This document shows positions 23,470 through 38,400 of a stretch of DNA of 64,000 nucleotides, one piece after another. Position 1 is the stretch's first letter. Each line of letters begins with the position of its first letter. Made by a program: the position numbers and the translations under genes. Source of the DNA: Lingula anatina (lineage: Eukaryota > Animalia > Brachiopoda); NCBI GenBank assembly GCA_051362555.1, contig CM120649.1, positions 2,914,001-2,978,000 of the forward strand, given 5' to 3'. Under the pieces are notes generated by a model that saw only the letters and a program-made list of their open reading frames with translations, was not told the DNA's origin and searched no databases.

Positions 23470-23990
23470 AATTTTATTTGCTTTATTGAACAACACAAGA
23501 GTTCGGTCTGAAAATGTAAAGAATTGTCTCATTTCAAGACAACAAACTGGACAAGAAAGACCACGTCTCTCCTATGGCGCGACTTGTGAACAACTCATAG
23601 TAATAACAACATTAACTTAAAAGCAACTCAATCACGTGAATAAAAACATGAATAACTATACAACAAAATACAGTAACTAATAAAACGGAATGTACATGTA
23701 TCAAAAATAAACAAATTACAATAAATGCAACGGAATGTGAAGTAGAAAAGGAATGATAAAGGGTGAATAATAAGAAACCAAAAGGTGAATACCAAATAAA
23801 ACATATATAATGTGAAAATAAACTCACGCCTACCTGAAAATGTAAAGAATTGTCTCATTTCAAGACAACAAACTGGACAAGAAAGACCACGTCTTTCCTA
23901 TGGCGCAACTTGCGAACAAAAAGCTTATGAAAATACACGAACAAAGACGAACAAATACGAACACAATGAGAGCACAAGGAGAGCGCAACT
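23470..23990 (-). mobile_element. Probable retroelement 3'-end fragment with an ~85-bp direct repeat; duplicate at ~52980-53490
   Basis: Direct repeat at ~23507 and ~23834; AATAAAGCAAATAAA tail on the minus strand; absent from the homologous 3' flank of copy 1. Confidence 0.45.
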
Positions 23991-24107
23991 AAAGTATTTT
24001 GCCTGTCACACTGCTAATCAGCTTTTTTACAAAATAAAAAAAGGTACTTCTGTTTTGTCTTAGGTATTTTAGCCTGCAAATAATGGATTTCACAACTCGA
24101 CACTTAA

Positions 24108-24737
24108 AGTCATAATAACTCTTCATTTTGGCCAAAAATTGGATTTTCCTGGAGTAAACGGCAATTTTCCCGTACTTACCAATGGTCAGCGACCCCATTC
24201 CTGCATTCAAAGTTAATCCAGGGTTTTTTCCTAAACGTACGGTTTTTTGTTAAAATCTCTTAAGAGATTTTAACTGACGGAGCTCTCTCTGACATCGCAT
24301 AGTCACTGTTGACCTACTTAAAACCGCGGGAAAAGCAGACAACAACAACACTATATAAGATTCATGAGATATATTCGTCTTTTTGTTAAAAATACATTAA
24401 TATCCACAATGTGTGCCATTCTGGGCTTTTCGTTATCCGACGCACTGTACAAAAACTCGCAACTTACGTCTGCGTCTGCATTAATGCGTTTGCCGCCATA
24501 TGTTATTTTGGTCTCGAATGAACGCGAGAATCCGCGTGACACCATTACGTCATTAGCAACGAATGCCTTGATGACCGGGAAGAAAAGCATCGTAAGCCCT
24601 ATTGACAAGCACAGATTTTAGTTTTACTACAATAACGGCTGTTTTAGTGGTAAAATACAATAGAATATATTTCCATGCGTTGTTTACAATGTATTTCATG
24701 CGGAATTTTGAATCTCAAAGGAAGAGTTATTATTGCT
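24108..24737. mobile_element. Second copy of the Kolobok-like TTAA element (630 bp), in the 3' flank or UTR of copy 2
   Basis: Near-identical to 13178..13798; TTAA on both sides; empty site near 53607 in copy 3. Confidence 0.85.
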
Positions 24738-25357
24738 TTAAAAAAGGATTTCTGGCCTATTCTAATTCACCAGTGCCTATATCCACTAAAAACACATATA
24801 TTATATATGTTTAAACACAACCTTTTACAACCGGCCTTATGCCAATCAAATTCTAAAATTTACATTAAGGTTAATATCATCAAAATGTCTTCAGAACAAG
24901 TCAGTTCCCAAATCGCCCATTAAGAAGTGGGTCGCAGTTTACTTCTTTATGTTCACCAGCAGTTTTTTTTATCCAATTGTGACTGTCTTGATGCTTTCAT
25001 GGGGTCTTCAAAATATCAAGTTATTTTTTTGTGTTCACAACACAAAATTACATGACACACAATGTTTGACAGTCTTTGAGACAATTTCAATATAGGTACA
25101 CAGCCATCAATATAAACAGATGCCAGAGAAGAGCTTGATTTCTTCTGGATCATTTCTCTTGTATTCGCCAGAGTAGCAATAAAATGCAACAAATCGGTGA
25201 AGATATTTTGAATCATCCACGTCTCAACAATCCATTTGTAACTCTGTCTGTATTGTACCACAATCCATCTCAGTTTGTCAAAAATTAATCACAATGATGT
25301 GACTATAAATACAGTAAACTGGACGGCCGGCCATTAGACCTGATGCAAGAAGTTAAA

Positions 25358-28300
25358 TCAAAATCCCTCATAATTTGCCAAGTTTGCTGCCTCTGACCAC
25401 GCAGCATGTCGAGCCCCATCCATTTCTCCAGCCAACTGATTGTCATCCCGAAGTCGATGACTCTGTCCGCCAATACAAGCCTTACACTCAGGACATGTTG
25501 CTTCTTCCATGGCGCCACCACAGTCTCCGATTGCGTACACATGACCTGACAATGAAGGGTATACTTTTGTATTAAGCATTTGCTATTTAGCATTCAAAGG
25601 TTAAAGCACTTACAGGGGCGATTTGAGGTCTTTGATTTTTTTTTCTGTCAGAAGATGGTCAAAAATAGAGGATGCTTCTACAAAGATACTTTGGAAGACT
25701 GTCAGAAAATTTATCTGGGTGTGCGCCCGACTTATCAACATTTTTGAAATTTGCATGAGACCATCAAACAGTTCAGTACCTTCTTCAGGGGTAAATGACA
25801 GGTGTTGTTATAAAATGTGGCTGTTCATAGTGGTAAGTACACAAAATCTACAGATGCAAAAATTTACATGCCAAAATGAAAACCAAGGAGACCACTATAA
25901 GTCTATAAGCTGACTTTATATTCAAATCAAACTTACCATTTGGACACTTAAACCAATGCCCTTGGGTCAGGTCCATGGCTTTAACAATTTCCTGGCGTTC
26001 TGTGTCTGTGATTCCTAGTCCCGAGGCTGGACAGGCCTGCTTCACATCATAGTATATTCTCTTCACTTTTGCCTCTCTTTCTGGAGAAAGTGGTTTCTTG
26101 TCACACAGTAGGGTTTTCACGCAATCAAACCAATCTGATAATTCGGGGGACAAGGTCCCCCCGCTGTTCTCTATTTGGGTTTTCATGATGTACCAGTTGC
26201 CCAGCAGGGCCAGGCGAGTTGTCTCTGCACTAAACTGGGTTGTCTCCTGCTGGCTCATGTGAGAGCGAGGCTGAACGACCCAGGTATAAAGGGATGTGAG
26301 CTCCTTCATAATGTCCTTGAGTTCACTAGCATATTTCCCAGTTTTCTTCTGCTGTTCTGCAAGCTTCGCCTTCATGCCAGACAGCCTTTTAATTAAGTTG
26401 ATTTGATTCTCAATAAAGGCCAACTGATCGGCAGAAACAGTTCCACCTGTAATCTTGGATTCAAAATCGGCAAAGATGTTCTGCGCATGAGGCAAGCCAC
26501 TTGGATCAATATTGATTTCAGAAATTTCCCTTTGAAGACGGCTCTGAGTTGTAAGGAGTATATCCCTATCAACAGCCAACTTCATTTTCACTAATTCTAC
26601 ATTTGCTAACTGAGTGTTGATCTGCTTGCCATAACGCAGGTTTCTCCTAATGGTTGTCTTACACAATGGGCAGCTTTTTAACTGAATGCTCATGTTTTTT
26701 GAATCACTGCTTTCCATTGCAAAGTACTGATCGAGTCCACTGACTTCAAAGTAGTGCTTGCAATCCTGGAGTTGCACGAATCGAGCGTCATCTTCATCCT
26801 CAGTCCCAAAGAATATTTTTGTCACTTCCTCGCCATTGCAAACTCTGCACAATTTGGGACATGGCTCACCGCAAAGGCCAATACAAGGATGTCCACATCT
26901 CAGCATCCTGCTGCAAGGTTCATTACATGGTGGGCGGTTGCATGGCTCACTGCACAGCTTCCTGCATTTGTGGTGCTTGCAGACCCATGCACAGGGTTCT
27001 ATACAAGGCACACAGGGTTCTCCGCAGGTCTTTTGGCATTTGCTGTGCACACAGCGGTTCTCACATGGCCTCTGACAAGGGGGGCAGTTCTTGGTGCACG
27101 TGTCCTTGCATGGATGTCCACATACTAAGGTGCGATCACATTTCTGTTGGCATGACATGTGCAGTCGCCCTTGTCTGCATTTTCCACATTCCCCAGCACA
27201 TTTGTGCCCACACTCCAGTATCGCTTCACATCGTTTAGGACATGGGAAAGTCTCAGGAGTACGATGGCAATAAGTCATCACAACGTGATCACATGGCCAG
27301 AGACGTTGGTACACCTTATCACATTTCTTTGTGTGTTCCTCGCTGCACTTGTTGCTGCAATTGTGCCCACAAGGCAGTTTTATATCACATGGCTGATTGC
27401 AGGACACCAGAGACAAGTCCACTGAGCAAGCAACTGATTGCTTATGGCCACAGGCTGGCATGACTTTATCCACCATCTTCATGCATTTGCCACATTCTTC
27501 AAAGCAGCGTTTTGTGCACTGATGCTTCATTTCACAAATTGTTTTCATGCATGACTCCATGCATCGCTGATTTGCATGCTCTTTATCATAGCCATGACAG
27601 ACTTTTTTGCATGCATGTCCACAAGGAAGACGATATTCACAAGGTAGCATGCACCCACCCTCTGGTGCCAAATTAAAATCAAGATCTGTCTTGGCAAAAA
27701 TGCCCTTTTTTTTAGGATGGTTCTGACAGTACAACCGCAATCCTTCTCCAATAGACCCACATTCCCGAAGATCATCAATTATCTTGCTCCACATGTTATT
27801 ACTTTTTAACAGCCTAAAGTTGCCTATCACATAAAAACCCTTTTTGGCACGTGACAACGCAACACAAATGCGGTTTTGAATTGCCAAAAAACCCATGTTC
27901 CCTTCTTTGTTGCTGCGGACAAGCGATAGTAAGATGATATCATTCTCTTCTCCTTGAAAATTGTCTACGGAGGAAACACGCACTCCCTGGAATGTTGTCT
28001 TGGGCATGATTTTCTTTAACTGCAACAGCTGGCCTGTGTAAGTTGTTAGAATGGTGATCTGCGCTGCCCCATATCCTTGAAGGAGGAGATATTTACACAG
28101 TGCAACGATAAACTTTGCCTCATGTTTATTGGATCGACTACTGTTCTCTCCATCCTTAACTTCTGGGCAGCTATGGTTAATGAAGAACATATTTTTTGAA
28201 ACGCCTCTGATGTCTTCAGCATCCTCAACACTTGGGTGGTTTTGCAACTTCGGATAGATGTGCCTTAGCAATGTAGCAATCTCAGGACGCATGCGGTGCT

Positions 28301-31300
28301 GCAGCTTCAGGCAGTCAACTTGAATGCCATTCTTGACCATCCTCTCAAAGAGAGACACATCAAGGTTGTACTTCTTTGCCAAATCATAAACTGTTGGTGT
28401 TGGCCTCAGCTGCTTGTGGTCTCCAATCAGGATGAGGTGCTGACACGACTTGCTAAGTGCGGTCACAATGTGGGCCTCCAGTACTTCAGCTGCTTCTTCA
28501 ACAATCACAATCTTGGGCTGGACTTCTTGGAGGATGCTGCGGTACTTAGCAGCGCCAGTTGTGGTCATGCCAATCACAGCAGCCTCTTTAAGAATCATGA
28601 AATCCTGCTGGTTCTTGACTTCCCTCATGCGTGCTGAGACTTCTTCATACTGTTCCTCATACTCTTCTATCCCTTCCTTAAGGTGTGTACAGTATTTGGT
28701 AACCCAAAAGTGATATAACCGCCATCTATCTTTTTTGGATAGGGTCCAGACATTGCGCACTTCACCCTCTTCAACTTCAGACATAGCATTCTTGTTGCGA
28801 AGCCCATCTCTTAGAATTTTCTTGCGTTTTTTGGATGTTTGATTTTGATCTTGCCAACCAATATCTTCTCTGTCTTTGGTACTACCAAGTTCAGAAATGC
28901 TTAAGTGATCAAAATCAAGGGCAAGAGGAATATCAGAAATGGCCACCATCCTCCTTCTAGGAAAATCAGCTTCCTCTTCTTCATCATCAATTATCCTTTG
29001 CTCCTGCAACATGTCTGCTTCTTCTTCCACATCAATAACTTCCTCTTCTTCTTCTTCATCCTCGTTCCCTTCCTCCTTTCTTGCTCCTTCATCAAACCCT
29101 CTATAATCCCCTGGGGCATACAGGTTATTTCCCAAACCTAACCAGTCAACCATGTTGGAATTCCTTTGAGAAGTTTGTTCAAATGGCCAATCCAATCCTT
29201 GAGGCTGCCTGAACTCTGTAAGGCTTGTGTAGTGGTCAGGGTCAATAAAAGGGCGCAGTGTGTCCTCATGCATGATTCCTTGGTCTGTGTGCTCTATGCG
29301 GGCTACAATATTTTCTATCTGTAACTCTATTTCCTTCATCTCTGATCTTGCATCATTCAAACCTTCATGGATCCCAGAGGGGACCTTCTTGTTTTGACGC
29401 ATTTCATCTTTCAGGTTTCTGATTAAAAACTTCTCCAGAGCCTTGCTCATTGACCTGCCCCCAACCCTGACAATGCCATTTTGTATGAATGTGTGTATGC
29501 CCTCTAGGAACTGATCCAATGCATGGTTGGTGTAGCATACAACTAGAACAGGTGTGTCTCCACCCCACACAGCTTTATTGTGAAGGAGTGCCCTAGCAAT
29601 CTTCAGACCCAGGTATGTCTTGCCTGTACCAGGTGGTCCCTGTATAACTGCTATCTCTTTGGTTAGGGCTGTCTTCAGGGCTCGCATTTGGGATTCATCC
29701 AAGTGGAACACCTCAGCACTTGGCCAGCACGAGGTTTTCAGTGCTAGCACCTGTTGGGCACTCTCAGCTGCCAGGCTGTCCACCGGGAAGTAATCATCAT
29801 TATCTGTACCATCTTCAAGCTGAAGGAGGGGTTCTTGTCCTTTAACTAGTGGGTCTTCTGTTAGTGGACTTAAATCAAATGCAACTCTATCCTGGTCTCT
29901 TCCTTGCAGGTATTTTGGTGGAGCCACCCCCTTTTCACAGTGAACTATATATCTTTCCAATGGAAATCCATTCTCTTCAATGGTCTGTAATCCAAGGAGA
30001 ACATGGCGATATGCCTCAAAGTAAGCAGTTGTCTCAGCCATAATGAAGGAGGTGGCAGGTGAAATTGTGTGTACCTCTCCCATTCTCTGCTCAAAGCGAA
30101 CTTCTAGGACCCCTTTTGCCAAATCTTTTGGATTGCGGTTGGCAACTGTGGCAAACAGAAGTGTTTCGAAATGATCCTGTGACAGACATACAAGAGAACC
30201 AAAGATCAGTCTTTTGCTGTGCTCCCACCTCACCCCCTTCAGCTTGGACACATCAAGACGTATTCTGTACACCAATCCATTTGCTGTGCACACCGGATTT
30301 ACCACATGGACATCATGGTAGATACGGATATCTTGAAGACTTTTATCTTGAAGATGGTTAACATCTTTTTGGTTGTTAGATCTAAGATGTAAAAATTTCA
30401 TAATTCCCTCCCTTAAAGGCCGAACGAAATCTTCGCGCAGCAGGCGGAACTGGACATCAAGATATTCATTGACATTTTTGTATTTACCACATGTTATATT
30501 TTTTCTTAGAAATGGCTTCGTTGTCAAATTGATGTCATCAAGAGTGGGGAAAATTGGAACATTTCTGAAATCATCGGGTGGGAGCTGATCATCAGAAGCT
30601 ATTGCCATGTCACACCCAGAGCCTTCTTCTTGCTCTGTCTTCAAAATGGCTTTACTCAACCTGTTGACCTCTGCCAGCTGAAGCTCAATACCTTCATCAA
30701 TGATGTCACTGATGGACCGAAGCTTCTTAATAGTGCTATCTAACATCAACAACGGGCCCAAAACAATGACTATTGCAGCTTGTGGTAACATAATAAGTAG
30801 TTCTCTAAATATCTTTAGCATGTCTTCAATGGGCTGTTTAAATTCTTCTCGCTTGCAGTCTGAACTTTCAAGGTCCATCTGGGCAATGTACATTACAAGG
30901 TGCACACCCAGAAATTTGGAGTCTTTGACAATGTTCAGCAGCTGTATCAAAAGCTGGCGGGACAAGCTGCATGTGCAAGCTTTCCCTAACAAGGCCAGGA
31001 CAAGCTTGATCTTATCAGGTTTCAACGAGTCTGATAACAAGAGTTCCCGAAATCCACTTCTTGGGTTATTTAGTGTGGTTAATAGTTCAGAAGGTTCTTT
31101 GGACTGAAATTCAACAAGTTTACGGTACCCAATAACTGGTATCCTCCTCTCTGCATCTTGTCTTGCATGACTGCCCCCTCTACTGGCATTTCTTGGCATA
31201 CCATTGGCATATCCTCCTTGTTGCCTTGAACCAGAGATTGTTGAGGATATGTTACAAATATCAGTAACCAATTAAATGATAATATATATCGATTGGCAGC

Positions 31301-31758
31301 AAATAAGACAATGAAGTTGGCAAATATACAGACATTTTAATTCTAAAAACAAGTATATTAAAAGAAACAGACTAAGTGTTTTAAAAACATCATTAAAAAT
31401 ATTTTCCCCTTAACAATGGGTAAAGTCTAACAAAGAGAAGTATGTGCTTTTCACTGTTCCTTCTCTCCTTTTCTTGTTCGGACCAACCACAAATATACAC
31501 TAATGGGTCAAGACATTTTCATTATTTTTATGTTGTTGTCAATTTGAAACAGCTCATTTAACAACAGCAATAATGAGAAAACCTATGAGCAAACTAAACT
31601 AAAAGTTATAAATAACTTTATTGATTAGAGAGAGAAATCATCTACCTTTATCTTTAGATATAATAAATATGATAAAAAATTGCAAAAGTGAACAAATGAA
31701 AAAAGCATCTTGCTAATTATCTATATATAAAGGCAAGGCATACTTAATATATACAAAA

Positions 31759-31793
<35 letters not shown>

Positions 31794-32936
31794 TAATAAT
31801 AATAATAATAAATAAATATATTACATTTTATTAAATCCTACAAGGGATATAATAAATACATGATCATTCCCCAAAGTTTCATTTATCTTGGTTGCTTTGT
31901 ATAAAATTTATGTCCTTTTTAATAATATGCTCCAAATGCCTGCACATTCTCTATTTGTTGGCTATAGACACTGGTAATCCAACAGACAAATAGATGTATG
32001 TTTAAAGCTACTAGTATATACCCTCACTTTTTGTGGAGAGGGGGGAAGGGACATAATAAATGGCCTCAGTTTATGTTGTATACTTACTCTGCACCATGAG
32101 GTTGTTGAAAACCTCCACCTCTGCCGCGTGATCTTCCCCTTCCTCTCCCACGCCAACCACCATTGCCTCTTCCTCTCTCCGCCTAACAAAAAAGAAATTC
32201 ATTGAAGTTGTTAGAAATAAATTAAATTACACTCTGTCAATGAATCATTAACCCCATTGGGATCAAAAAGGCCCCATTCAGAATAGGGGACTAACTAGTT
32301 AGTCTGAGGGTCAAATATGGCAACCCACTCCAAAGCTTGTCGTCTTATCCTCTAGTAGACACTGAATAGATATCCCGTGGGGAAGTATTCAAGTGGGTCG
32401 GCCATATTTGACCCTTGAACTAGTTAGTCTCCTATTCTGGGAATGGGGTGTAAGCTTGTGTTATCCCCAGTATTCAGGCAAGGATATCCCAGAAGTATTC
32501 AAGTGGGTCAGATAATTGGACCCTAGGACTAGTCAGACCCTAGTCTTGGATGGGACCTTGGTGCTGACCTAGAAACCTCCCCAGGCAGCCCAGTAAATGA
32601 GCAGGCCTACAAAACTACCAGACTAGGCACCAAATGATCCCGAAATCGACTCTAGAACAATTCCTCCCCCGGACTTTTCCTCCCAAGGACAATTCCCCTC
32701 CGGACTCCCCCCCAAGAAATATATATTTATTTACAAATATATAGAACAAAGTGTAAAGTTTAGAACATTTCATCCATTTTATTAATGTTTTTAGTGTGAT
32801 AATACAACTTCATCATGAAACAAATTTAATGTGTATCGAATCATTTTAACTTTTACAATTATATTTTAAGATTGTGCATCTCACGACTTTTTGTTTTTAT
32901 TGTAAAATCCAATTTTTTAAGTTGCAAATAAATACA

Positions 32937-32976
<40 letters not shown>

Positions 32977-34043
32977 ATTGTAAAACAAATTCCTTTTTCA
33001 TTGAGTACAGGTACAGGAAGATTTGATAAATATCGAATCAAAGTATAATCACCTATCCTTCAGGTAAAGGTTGGGTAAACAGATGAACAGGTAAACAGAT
33101 ATTTTATGAATATTTTAGTGGTGAGAGTAGAGGGTAGGTGGGTAGTGGTCAAGCAATTAAAAATAGTCAAAGGGATACCTGGATAAGCAAGAAAATCTGT
33201 TTACCACAACTCAACCTAGAGATGCACCTTGATTCAAGACTTACTCAACCAAGGGGGGGGGGGGGGGGTAATAAAGCAATTAAAAGTATGTAAAAATAAC
33301 TGGTGTAGCGATCTCAGAATAATTATGCAAAAGCTGCAGTTAGAAGATATATTCACAATGCGGTCAGCGGTAGACTTAGAGCTGGCACATCGGAAAATTA
33401 TTGAATTGTACAAGGTGATATGGAAAAACGACATCCTGAAAAAGCCAAAGCTAAGAACATATATACTCTTCAAAAACACCTTCAACTGGGAGTCATATGT
33501 TAAGTTGTCCATGAGTAAGTCATTAAGATCTGTACTATGCCAATTAAGATGTGGTATACTACCACTAAGACTTGAGACAGGCCGATATGTAGGGGAAGAG
33601 GTTTCCTCCCGACTCTGTAAATTGTGTCACATGAACTTGATTGAGGATGAGGTCCAGTTTGTGTTAATATGCCCTCTATACGTGGACATACGACACCAGT
33701 TTTTGGGAGACCTGGACGGCAGTAATGTCGACAGGGAAGATTTAATTAAAACGTTAATACACATAATTGTAAATAAACCTAAAAACTTGGCACATTATTT
33801 AAAAGACAGTTTAAGTCTAAGACACACAGTCTTATTTAAGGCGGCACATGTGCTGAGTATACCATGAATTATAGTGTTTATTTCACTTCCAGCTTTAATA
33901 TTTATGTATATATATTACTATGATGATGATTATTTTTTTTTTACTATTTTTATTATTCTCTGTTTCTGATATATTGTAGTATTATATAGTACGGTGACTT
34001 GTAGGCCCATGAGGCCGGGTGAGGCTCTCACATGTCACGTTAA

Positions 34044-34106
<63 letters not shown>

Positions 34107-35353
34107 AAGTAACAGGTAAATCATCAAAGGGTTACCTGGATAAGTGAGATCATCTGTTTACCCCTCCTTTACCTGGAGATATACTTTGATCAGATTTATA
34201 ATAAAATGTTCTGTACTTCTATCTCGAAAATTGTATGTACTTGTACTCCATGAAAATAATTTGTTTTATAAGATTTTCTATCCTCGAGTTGCAACATCAC
34301 ACTAAGAAATACTCAGAAAATGGATGAAAATATTTGAACTTTGTACTCTTTCCTTTATATTTGTACATAAATATATATTCTTTGGGGGCAAGTTGTCCTG
34401 GGGGGGAATTGTCGGGGGGGGGGGGGGGGAATAGTCCAGGGGGAATTGTCCTGATACCCCGAAATCACCGGTAGATCGGACCACACTACCTGTTTTCAAG
34501 GTGTGTGTCAGCACACATTTCACTATCTGGAATTGATAATAATATTTTAGATGGTTATTGCCACCATTCTGTGTCTACTAGCTGAGTTTATGAAACATAC
34601 ATTTATAAAATCATGTTTTTCTCTCTCTTCTTACTGGTACATTTCAACATTCCCTACAATAACCCAAATAAGAGCCAACAAACATATCTGAATGCACATC
34701 ATTCATTTATGAATTATTGTTCAAAGATGGACAAAACACAATTATTTCCAAGATACGCATGCAGGTATGTGGTTCTGGGCCTTTAGAGTAATTAAGTGAG
34801 AAATGAACTGCATATATGCAGTAACATTCCATATGGGGATAATTAAGCTCCATTATTGCAAATAAAAACAAGGCAGCAAAGCTGTCAAATGTACAGACAA
34901 AAACCAGAAAATAAAAACGCAGGAAATAGGCTACGGTCAATTCTGATGAACTAATGTATTATGCTTACTGTAACTGCATAGCCAACATCAAATTCTTATT
35001 CTGCATAACATTGGATTAGGATGAAAGTAAAATGTGTATCAAGCATTAGACTAAGTTCCCATACCTAGATCAATCTAACAGGATCAATCCAACTCCAAGG
35101 GGTTTCTCACTAAATAGCCTTCAGTTTGAGAGTCTTAGGATTCTGGCATGCCAGTTTCAGTAGGCGTGACAGACAACTAAGCCACTTACATTGATTGCAA
35201 TTTAGCGAGAATTCCCATGGAGATAGATCGATCCACAGTTAGCATGATAGGGTCTGGAAATAGTCCCTAAGGTGTCAGGCTGATAAGAGTTAAACTTTGG
35301 AAATGCCAGAATGAGGTACAGTGAAAATTACACACAAAAAAAAATTGCTTAAA

Positions 35354-35409
<56 letters not shown>

Positions 35410-38400
35410 TAATTTTTTTTGGGGGGGGGCTGTATGTCAATCCTAAGAATCATTCTTGTAACAAAATACAGAAAATGTTACAAAGTAAGAGTACAGGGCT
35501 CCTGGCAGATGGGAGTGATAAGTCACAACTTGAAAATGCCAGTATAGCACTCTATAAACCTGCATTGCCTCCAAAACAGAAAACAATCACACTGGTTTTC
35601 AAACACAAGCTGCGCATTTCTGTCTTATGAAACTTTTCACTAAGTTTCAGTATCATAAGTAACATGGTTTTCCCTTAATCGCTATCCTGGCAGCAGTGTC
35701 CAAAATAGGGTTTTCTTCAACTTTCATGCAATAAAACATAATATTTAACAGCATAATGACCATCAAATTTTTTATAAAAAAATAAAAGTATCATGAATAT
35801 TCACAAAATGTGATTTGGGAAGGTCTTCAAGGCCATGGAAGTTCAGAGTCACACTTTCAAAATGTCAAAATGTAAACAAGAGATAACTGTACTGAAATGA
35901 TTTTCTTTCCATTTTCAACACCTTTTTTAAAACAAAATAATCAATAAACTGTCATTTTTAAATGTTCAACTAGGAAAATTGTTGACATAAGAAAAATATC
36001 AATAGAACAATTTTCAATGTCCAATTTGCTCCATTTGCAGATGCTGAACATAGTGAATGATTAAATCTGACAAACTGCAATGATGAGTTCCTTTCCATTT
36101 ATGAAACAACACTTTTACATATCTTATTAGTTCCATAATGAGACTGTTAACATGCCTAAGAATTAAATCTGAAGAAATAACAATTATATACAAAAATACA
36201 GAAAATGCACAGCACTTCTGGTGGATGGGAGTATAAAAATCACATCTTGAAGATGCTAGTGTTTGAAAAATAATTTAAAAAAATTTTTTAATAAAACGTA
36301 AAAAATTCCAATAAAGCTGCTATTCAAACTTTTAATCTAGCTGTATTAACTTGATATTAATAACCCCACCAAGTTTGAGAAAAATAAAGCACTGTTATGC
36401 ATCTATAGCATGTTGGCATAACACATTCTTTTTGTTGTAAATTATTTGCAATGTTAAACACCATTTATCTGCACAATTATCACCAAATCCTAATTTTGTG
36501 ACACAGTTAAGAGAGCTAAACCTATGGGACTTTACAGGGAAATCTCAAGGAGTGTTTTATGTAATCTCATTTAATGGCCAATTGAAAATTAATGAGTAGG
36601 CAAGTGACTTTATAGACCTTAATTTAATTAGTGATCACCCAAGGGACAATTTTAAAGACTGCTATCCATACAGTACCGTCATATAGCACAAAGGTGTTGC
36701 ATACATGCTGAAAAAAGTGAAAAAGCAGCATTACTTCCCTAAAAATGACCCGATCATGCTGATTTTCAAACTTGACCTGCATATTATGAATATTCATCAG
36801 TTCTGTAAGTTTGAAACCAAAAGGTAAAATGGTTTTCCACTTATAGTGTTATCGGTGCTGCATATATGCTGAAAAAAGTGAAAAAACAGCATAACTACCC
36901 TAAAAATGACCCGATCATGCTGATTTTCGAACTTGACCTGCGTAATATGAATATTCATTAGTTCTGCAAGTTTCAATCCAAAAGGTAAAATGATTTTTCA
37001 CTTATCATGTTATCAGTGTTGCATATATGGTGAAAAAAGTGAAAAACAGCATAACTTCCCTAAAAATGACCCGATCATGCTGATTTTCGAACTTGACCTG
37101 CGTATTATGAATATTCATCAGTTTTGTAAGTTTCAAGGGAAAAGGTAAAATGGTTTTCCACTTATTGTGTTATCGGTGCTGCATATATGCTGAAATAAGA
37201 CAGCACTGTTCTGCAATGGGTTTACTTCCATTTTTAAAACACTTTTTTAACAAAACAAAATAAACAGTATACTTCCATTTGTATATGATCAACTAAGAAA
37301 ATTGATGAGATGGGAAAAATATCAATAGAACAGTGTTAAATGTCCAATTTCCTCCATTCTGAGATAATGAATATAGTAGATGATTGAATCTGACAAACTG
37401 CAATGATATTTGTTTATTTCCATTTTTGACACTTTATAACATAATACACAATAACAAGTTTACCATCATTTTTACATAATCAACTAACAATGTTATTAAG
37501 ATGCAGGAAATGTCAAACAAACACTTTTACGTATCTTATTAGTTCAATAATGAGACTGTTAACATGCCTAACAATTGAATCTGAGGAAATAAGAAAAAAC
37601 AGCATAACTTCTAAAAGAATGGCCTGATTATGCTGATTTTGGAACTCAACCTGCGTTTTAGTTAGTTTGACTACTCCTGTGAGTATAATGACAATTGGCC
37701 TATCTGTTTTTCTTATATTGTGTTATTAGCGTTGCACATATGTTGAGAGAAGTGAAAAAACAGCATAACTTCCCTAAAAATGGCCCGATCATGCTGATTT
37801 TCGAACTTTACCTGCATATTATGAATATTCATCAGTTCTGTAAGTTTCAAGCCAAAAGGTAAAATGGTTTTCCATTTATGGTGTTATCGGTGCTGCATAT
37901 ATGCTGAAAAAAGAGAAAAAATAGCCTAAATTCACTAAAAATGACCCAATCACGCTGACTTTCGAACTTGACCTGCGTATTATGAATATTCATCAGATCT
38001 GTAAGTTTCAAGCCAAAAAGTAAAATTGTTTTCCACTTATCGTGTTATCGGTGCTGTATATATGCTGAAAAAAGTGAAAAAACAGCATAAATTCCCTATA
38101 AGTGACCCGATCATGCTGATTTTCGAACTTTACCTGCGTATTATGAATATTCATCAGTTCTGTAAGTTTCAAGCCAAAAGGTAAAATGGTTTTCCACTTA
38201 TCGTGTTATCGGTGCTGCATATATGCTGAAAAAAGTGAAAAAACAGCATAAATTCCCTATAAGTGACCCGATCATGCTGATTTTCGAACTTGACCTGCGT
38301 ATTATGAATATTCATCAGTTCTGTAAGTTTCAAGCCAATAGAAAAAACGGTTTTCCACTTATCGTGTTATCGGTTAAGGTGCACGGCGACGACGGCGACG

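Noticed and set aside
25016-25261. 81-aa ORF in the 3' UTR shared by copies 2 and 3
   Set aside because: Explained by recent duplication; the frame is not kept in copy 1 and it has a non-ATG start.
31225-31271. ORF-track N-terminus MVTDICNISSTISGS for copies 2 and 3, and an apparent frameshift in copy 1
   Set aside because: It lies upstream of the splice acceptor; the 7-nt deletion in copy 1 is intronic, so copy 1 is not a pseudogene.
36700-38375. Regular repeats as a possible CRISPR array
   Set aside because: Head-to-tail monomers with no unique spacers, no cas genes, and a eukaryotic context.
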